Shown piece by piece: positions 27,819-32,000 of a stretch of DNA of 32,000 nucleotides (position 1 is its first letter; the number at the start of each line of letters is the position of its first letter). The stretch covers positions 322,248-354,247 of the forward strand of contig NZ_AOLP01000011.1 in the NCBI RefSeq assembly GCF_000337795.1, in the 5' to 3' direction. The notes beneath the pieces are model-generated. The model was not told the origin of the DNA. It ran no database searches and worked only from the letters and a program-made list of their open reading frames with translations. A program made the translations under genes and the position numbers. This stretch comes from Haloferax denitrificans ATCC 35960 (GTDB lineage Archaea; Halobacteriota; Halobacteria; Halobacteriales; Haloferacaceae).

Positions 27819-28544
27819 ATGCAACCCAACGCAGTGCGAGTGCTCCTCGCCGCGGTCATGGTTCTCCTCGCCGGGTGCGGGGGCGGCGTCGGCGGCGACG
27901 CCACGACCGCAACCGAACCGGCGACGGACGCGACAGACGTGACGACGACCGCCGGCGGCGGGTCGGCCGACCAGAGCGGCGACGCCGCCGCCGAACGCTC
28001 CGCAGTCACGTTCAACGGAACGTGGGACCAGCGGTACCGTACCGGGCAGTACTACCGCTACGACATCGAGAGTCCGAGCATCGACGGCACCGCGACCTAC
28101 GAGTGGGAGGTCGTCTCCGCGACCGACGACGAGGTGACGGTCCGAACGAAACTGGTCACGCCCAACGCGACGAGCGAACAGACCGTGACCGCGCCGCCGG
28201 ACGAGGTGTACGGCGAACTCGCCGGAAGCCCGTCGGGGTCGGTCGCCACCCTCGGGTTCGACTCGCCGTACTACAGCGGCGTCGACGGCGAGACCCTCAG
28301 CGTCGGCGACAGCTGGGAGTCATCGGGCCCCAACGGGACCGTGAGCTTCGAAGTCGAGGCGCTCTCGACCTACGCCGGCCTCGAATGTGCGGAGTTCGTC
28401 GTCCGGACGAACGGGAGCGTCTTCTGGGAGAGCTGTGTCACCCCGGAGAGCCCGTTGCCGGGCTACGTGGCGTTCTACGAGGAGGAAGGCGACGAGACGC
28501 CGGCGTTCGAGATGGAACTCGTCGAGTATCGAAGCGGGAACTGA
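27819..28544 (+). CDS. lipoprotein (lipobox LAGC) with a Thr/Ala/Gly-rich linker
   Basis: ATG 27819 gives MQPNAVRVLLAAVMVLLAGCGGG. A TATTATGA box at about 27786-27793 lies about 27 nt upstream. The ORF track begins three codons earlier, at a GTG. Confidence 0.7.
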   Translation: MQPNAVRVLLAAVMVLLAGCGGGVGGDATTATEPATDATDVTTTAGGGSADQSGDAAAERSAVTFNGTWDQRYRTGQYYRYDIESPSIDGTATYEWEVVSATDDEVTVRTKLVTPNATSEQTVTAPPDEVYGELAGSPSGSVATLGFDSPYYSGVDGETLSVGDSWESSGPNGTVSFEVEALSTYAGLECAEFVVRTNGSVFWESCVTPESPLPGYVAFYEEEGDETPAFEMELVEYRSGN

Positions 28545-28571
28545 GTCGGTCGGGAGCGCCGTTTCGGGCGG

Positions 28572-28973
28572 TCAGACCGTTTCCAGCGGGACGACCGCCA
28601 TCGGGATGTTCGAGTGCAACAGCACGTCCTGTGCCGTGCTCCCGAAGACGATTTTCGAGGTCGGATTGCGCTTTCGGACGCCGATGACGATTTCGTCGGC
28701 GTCCTGTTCGTCGGCACATCGGAGGATGTCGTCGGCGGGGTCGTTGCCGCGGATGTACTGGTGCGTTTCCACGTCCACGAGGTCGCCGAGCCGGGAGGTC
28801 ACGACGTTCAGCGCGTCCTCGCCGTCGCGGACGTCCTCGCTGTCGGTCTCGTCGCCGCCGCGGTGGGAGTTGACGACGTGGAGCGCGTCGCCGGCGTCGA
28901 TTCGCCGCGAGAGGTAGTCGCAGATTTCGGCGCTCGTGTGGACCGAGTTCGTCCCGATAACGTATGTTGCCAT
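28572..28973 (-). CDS. universal stress protein (UspA family)
   Basis: 133 aa. The segments ADEIVIGVRKRNPTSKIVFGSTAQDVLLHSNIPMAVVP are typical of a USP C-terminus. Confidence 0.8.
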   Translation of the reverse strand: MATYVIGTNSVHTSAEICDYLSRRIDAGDALHVVNSHRGGDETDSEDVRDGEDALNVVTSRLGDLVDVETHQYIRGNDPADDILRCADEQDADEIVIGVRKRNPTSKIVFGSTAQDVLLHSNIPMAVVPLETV

Positions 28974-28995
28974 GCCACATATCGCTACGCCGTCC

Positions 28996-29003
28996 TATAA
29001 AAA
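28996..29003 (-). promoter_or_regulatory. TATA box of the usp gene (leaderless transcript predicted)
   Basis: The - strand reads GGATTTTTATAGG, centred about 27 nt upstream of ATG 28973. It is the strongest TATA-like element in the window. Confidence 0.55.
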
Positions 29004-29023
29004 TCCACGCCCGACCACGCTCG

Positions 29024-29182
29024 TCAGGCCTGCTTCATCATCGCCAGCACGTCGTCTCTCGTCATCGCTTTTCCGTGTTCGTCGTGGGCGTGTTCCTGAA
29101 TCACTTTCACGACCTCGTTTCTGTTCTCGGATGTCACGCTGAACCCGCACGAACACGTCGCCTGTTGCATCGCCTTCGACAT
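29024..29182 (-). CDS. DUF1059-like small protein (52 aa)
   Basis: MSKAMQQATCSCGFSVTSENRNEVVKVIQEHAHDEHGKAMTRDDVLAMMKQA resembles DUF1059 in length and pattern. The longer start at 29233 or the ORF-track start at 29314 cannot be excluded, and no clear TATA was found. Confidence 0.55.
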   Translation of the reverse strand: MSKAMQQATCSCGFSVTSENRNEVVKVIQEHAHDEHGKAMTRDDVLAMMKQA

Positions 29183-29315
29183 AACAGGAGAGATACGCGC
29201 TCCGAGGGCAAAGCGTGTGTTCACACTTACCATGACACTCCCGGTGGCGAGCGGGTCCCCCACAGCCGTGGCGTCTCGGTCGCGTCGGCCGCTCTCCGGA
29301 CCCGTCGGGGACAAA

Positions 29316-29337
29316 ACATTTACCCAATCGTAAATGT
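29316..29337 (+). promoter_or_regulatory. 8-bp perfect inverted repeat overlapping the TATA box of the PGF-CTERM gene
   Basis: The sequence is ACATTTAC-ccaatc-GTAAATGT. The left arm coincides with the TATA-like box centred about 27 nt before ATG 29347. Confidence 0.5.
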
Positions 29338-29346
29338 CAGTCGGGT

Positions 29347-30357
29347 ATGGAAAGAAACGCCCTCCTCACCGCCGGGGCGGTCGGCGTCGTCGTCGTGGCG
29401 CTCGTCGCCGCCGCCGTCGTTCCGGGGGTCGTCGCGGACCCGACCGACGACGGCCCCGTCCGTCCCGGCCCGGTGGACGTCGCCGGCGTCTCCATCGCGG
29501 CCGGGCAGGCGACGGGGGAGACGGTCACCCTCGAAATCGAGACGCGAATCGACCACCGAGGCAACCCAACGGAGAACGTGAGCGTCCTCGTCCGCGCCGT
29601 CGACGCCGAGTCGGGACTGCTGACGACGACGCAGGAAATCGACGTGGGAACGCTCTCAAAGGACGGTGAGACGGCGACGACGACCAACCTCACGGTCCCC
29701 CGCGAGGGCGGTTACGACGTCGAGGTCGTCCTCTACAGCGACGACGAGCGGGTCGACGAGGCGCGAAAGAGCGTCCGCGGCGTCTCGGCCATCAAGCCGC
29801 CGTACCTCCGGTCGACCACCTCGTTCACCGACAGCGAGGCGCTCCCGCCCGTCTCCTTCGCCATCGCGGAGACCGGCGACGACCGGACGACGCTCGACCT
29901 GACGGCGACGCTGACGAACGCCGGCGACGACCCGGCCGAAGAGCTCTCGGTGCTGTTCGTGCTCCGGCAGGCCGAGTCCAACATCGTCGCCTCGCGGACG
30001 ACGGTCGACGCGGGGACCATCGAGGCCGGCCGGACCGAGACGGTGGACGCGTCGGCGAGCGTCCCGAACGACTACAACTACTACATCGACGCCGTGTTGC
30101 TCCGCGACGGGGTCGTCATCGACACCGCCCGCGGCGCGGCGAACCTGAACCCAACGAGGACGATTAGCGTGAACCAGACCAGAGAGGACGTGGAACTCCG
30201 CGTCGAAGACTTCGAGAACGGCAACGGCGGCGACGCGCCGCGAGAAACCGGCTACGAGCCGACCGAGACCTCCTCGGCGGCACCGGGCTTCGGCCCGCTC
30301 GTGGCGGTCGTGGGACTGCTCGCGGCCGTCTTCGTCGCCCGGAGGTGGTCGAAATGA
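29347..30357 (+). CDS. PGF-CTERM-anchored surface protein with two tandem beta-sandwich-like repeats
   Basis: It has an N-terminal signal/TM segment. The C-terminus SSAAPGFGPLVAVVGLLAAVFVARRWSK shows a PGF motif, a helix and a basic tail, which is the archaeosortase-type sorting signal. Confidence 0.8.
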   Translation: MERNALLTAGAVGVVVVALVAAAVVPGVVADPTDDGPVRPGPVDVAGVSIAAGQATGETVTLEIETRIDHRGNPTENVSVLVRAVDAESGLLTTTQEIDVGTLSKDGETATTTNLTVPREGGYDVEVVLYSDDERVDEARKSVRGVSAIKPPYLRSTTSFTDSEALPPVSFAIAETGDDRTTLDLTATLTNAGDDPAEELSVLFVLRQAESNIVASRTTVDAGTIEAGRTETVDASASVPNDYNYYIDAVLLRDGVVIDTARGAANLNPTRTISVNQTREDVELRVEDFENGNGGDAPRETGYEPTETSSAAPGFGPLVAVVGLLAAVFVARRWSK

Positions 30358-30665
30358 GCGACGAGATGCGGACGGACGGAGACCGGTCTCCGACTGACGA
30401 GACGCGGGCGACCGACGACGAGGGAACCGAGAACCGCGAGTTCGCGGAGCGGATGCGCCGCTACCTCGACTACGCGGTGCTCGCGGGACTGCTGTTGCTC
30501 GCGCTCATCGCGGCGCTCCAGTTCTACCTCAACGCCAGCCAGACCATCACGACGTGGGTGAACCCCGAGTACCGCGCGCCGTTCCAGGCGGCGTTCAACC
30601 TCGTGTTGCTCCTCGGGGCGGCGCTCGGCGTCTCCGTTCAGCTTCGCCGGCTGACGAGCGACTGA
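30354..30665 (+). CDS. small two-helix membrane protein coupled to the PGF-CTERM gene
   Basis: ATG 30354 overlaps the upstream stop (ATGA). An acidic N-terminus is followed by two hydrophobic helices. Confidence 0.6.
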   Translation: MSDEMRTDGDRSPTDETRATDDEGTENREFAERMRRYLDYAVLAGLLLLALIAALQFYLNASQTITTWVNPEYRAPFQAAFNLVLLLGAALGVSVQLRRLTSD

Positions 30666-30726
30666 GCGGTCCGCGCTACCTCTCACCACGCATACAGTTT
30701 TCAGGCCGCCGCCCGAGTCGTTGGCT

Positions 30727-32000
30727 ATGAACTTCCTCTTCGTGTCGGCGGACGCCGCGCTCATCACCGACCTCGCGTGGCAGGTCCACAGGGAGGGCCA
30801 CGACGTGCGGTACTACATCGAGGCCGAGCGGGACAGGGAAATCGGCGACGGCTTCGTCACGAAGACCGACGACTGGCGCGCGGAGGTCGACTGGGCCGAC
30901 GTCATCGTCTTCGACGACATCTGGGTCGGCTCCGACATCGGAACCGGCGCGCTGGCACAGGAACTCCGCGAGGAGGGACACGCCGTCGTCGGCGGGACGC
31001 CGAACACCGACCGCCTCGAAGAGGACCGCGGCTACGCCATGGACGTGCTGGAGTCCCACGGCGTGGACACGGTCGAACAGCGCGTCTTCCGCGACTTCGA
31101 CGAGGGCATCGAGTACGTCCGGCGGAACCGCGCCCCCTACGTCATCAAACCGCTCGGCGAGGTCCAGAACGTCAAGCGACTCCTCTACGTCGGAAACGAG
31201 GACGACGGGAGCGACGTGGTCGAGGTGCTCCGCGCGTACAAGCAGGCGTGGGGCCACCGGATGAAGGGCTTTCAGCTCCAGCGGAAGGTCGAGGGCGTCG
31301 AAATCGCGGTCTGCGGCTTCTTCAACGGCGAGAGGTTCGTCGACTCGGTGAACTTCAACTTCGAGCACAAGAAGCTGTTTCCGGGCAACATCGGCCCCTC
31401 GACCGGCGAGATGGGAACGTCGATGTTCTGGGCCGGGCGGAACCGGCTGTTCGAGGAGACGCTGGGCCGGCTCGAACCGTGGCTCGCCGAGGAGGGTTAC
31501 GTCGGGAGCATCGACATCAACTGCATCGTCAACGAACACGGCATCTACCCGCTGGAGTTCACCCCGCGGTTCGGCTACCCGACGATTACGCTCCAAGAGG
31601 AGTCCTTCGAGTCGTCGACCGCGCAGTTCTTCTACGACCTCGCCCACGGCAACGACCCCGACCTCTCGGTCCACGGCGGCTACCAAATCGCGGTCCGCAT
31701 CGTCCTGCCGCCGTTCCCCTTTACCGACGAGAAGACCTACGACGAGAACTCGCGGAACGCGGCGGTCGTCTTCGAGACCGACAGCCGCGAGGGCGTCCAC
31801 ATCGAGGACGCGAAACTCGTCGACGGGCAGTGGCGCGCCGCCGGCGAGAGCGGCATCCCGCTCGTCGTCACCGGGAAGGGCGAGACGATGCAGGAGGCGA
31901 GAAGACAGGCGTACGACCGCGTCGACAACATCGTCATTCCGAACCTGTACTACCGCGACGACATCGGCGAGCGCTGGATAGACGGTGACGGCGACCGACT
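30727..32000 (+). CDS. PurD-like ATP-grasp ligase paralog (3' end lies outside the window)
   Basis: It is not in the ORF track because no stop occurs before the window end. My translation from ATG 30727 stays open for 424 codons with G/C-rich third positions. It contains YVIKPLGE, GPSTGEMGT and LEFTPRFGYP, which resemble PurD GPNTGGMG and EFNxRFGDPE. A TTTTCA box lies about 24 nt upstream. Confidence 0.8.
   Translation, partial: MNFLFVSADAALITDLAWQVHREGHDVRYYIEAERDREIGDGFVTKTDDWRAEVDWADVIVFDDIWVGSDIGTGALAQELREEGHAVVGGTPNTDRLEEDRGYAMDVLESHGVDTVEQRVFRDFDEGIEYVRRNRAPYVIKPLGEVQNVKRLLYVGNEDDGSDVVEVLRAYKQAWGHRMKGFQLQRKVEGVEIAVCGFFNGERFVDSVNFNFEHKKLFPGNIGPSTGEMGTSMFWAGRNRLFEETLGRLEPWLAEEGYVGSIDINCIVNEHGIYPLEFTPRFGYPTITLQEESFESSTAQFFYDLAHGNDPDLSVHGGYQIAVRIVLPPFPFTDEKTYDENSRNAAVVFETDSREGVHIEDAKLVDGQWRAAGESGIPLVVTGKGETMQEARRQAYDRVDNIVIPNLYYRDDIGERWIDGDGDR

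Overview
This window is GC-rich with a strong G/C preference at codon third positions. The predicted proteins are acidic and one carries a PGF-CTERM sorting signal, so this is a haloarchaeal (class Halobacteria) chromosome segment. Its core (about 9.27-23.5 kb, + strand) is the conserved archaeal ribosomal-protein supercluster. The order is SPOUT/DUF171 gene, rpl3, rpl4, rpl23, rpl2, rps19, rpl22, rps3, rpl29, rnp1, rps17, rpl14, rpl24, rps4e, rpl5, rps14, rps8, rpl6, rpl32e, rpl19e, rpl18, rps5, rpl30, rpl15, secY. These genes are tightly packed, with 1-4 nt overlaps and Shine-Dalgarno-like GGAGGTGA fragments inside upstream gene ends. The left flank (0-9 kb) holds housekeeping and conserved-hypothetical genes: a partial MFS transporter, pyrF, a membrane J-domain protein, a GTPBP1/EF1A-like GTPase, mch, a DUF77 protein, a YihY/BrkB protein and small proteins. 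It also holds two tandem tRNA-Gly(GCC) genes on the - strand, followed by decayed tRNA 3'-end fragments. The right flank (23.6-32 kb) holds a DEDDy exonuclease-like protein, an alpha/beta hydrolase, a TIGR00300-family enzyme, a lipoprotein, a USP, a DUF1059 protein and a PGF-CTERM surface protein with a coupled small membrane protein. It ends with a PurD-like ATP-grasp gene that runs off the window and is therefore missing from the ORF track. Most non-operonic genes have a TATA-like box centred about 26-28 nt upstream of the start codon, which fits leaderless transcripts. I see no CRISPR array, transposase, integrase or recognisable multi-gene defence or mobile system. Overall this is an ordinary core region. 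The observations most worth a second look are the tRNA-Gly locus with its fragment repeats and hairpins, the repeat-bearing non-coding stretch upstream of the ribosomal operon, and a palindrome over one promoter. The many long R/G/P-rich ORFs antisense to or out of frame with real genes are high-GC shadow ORFs.
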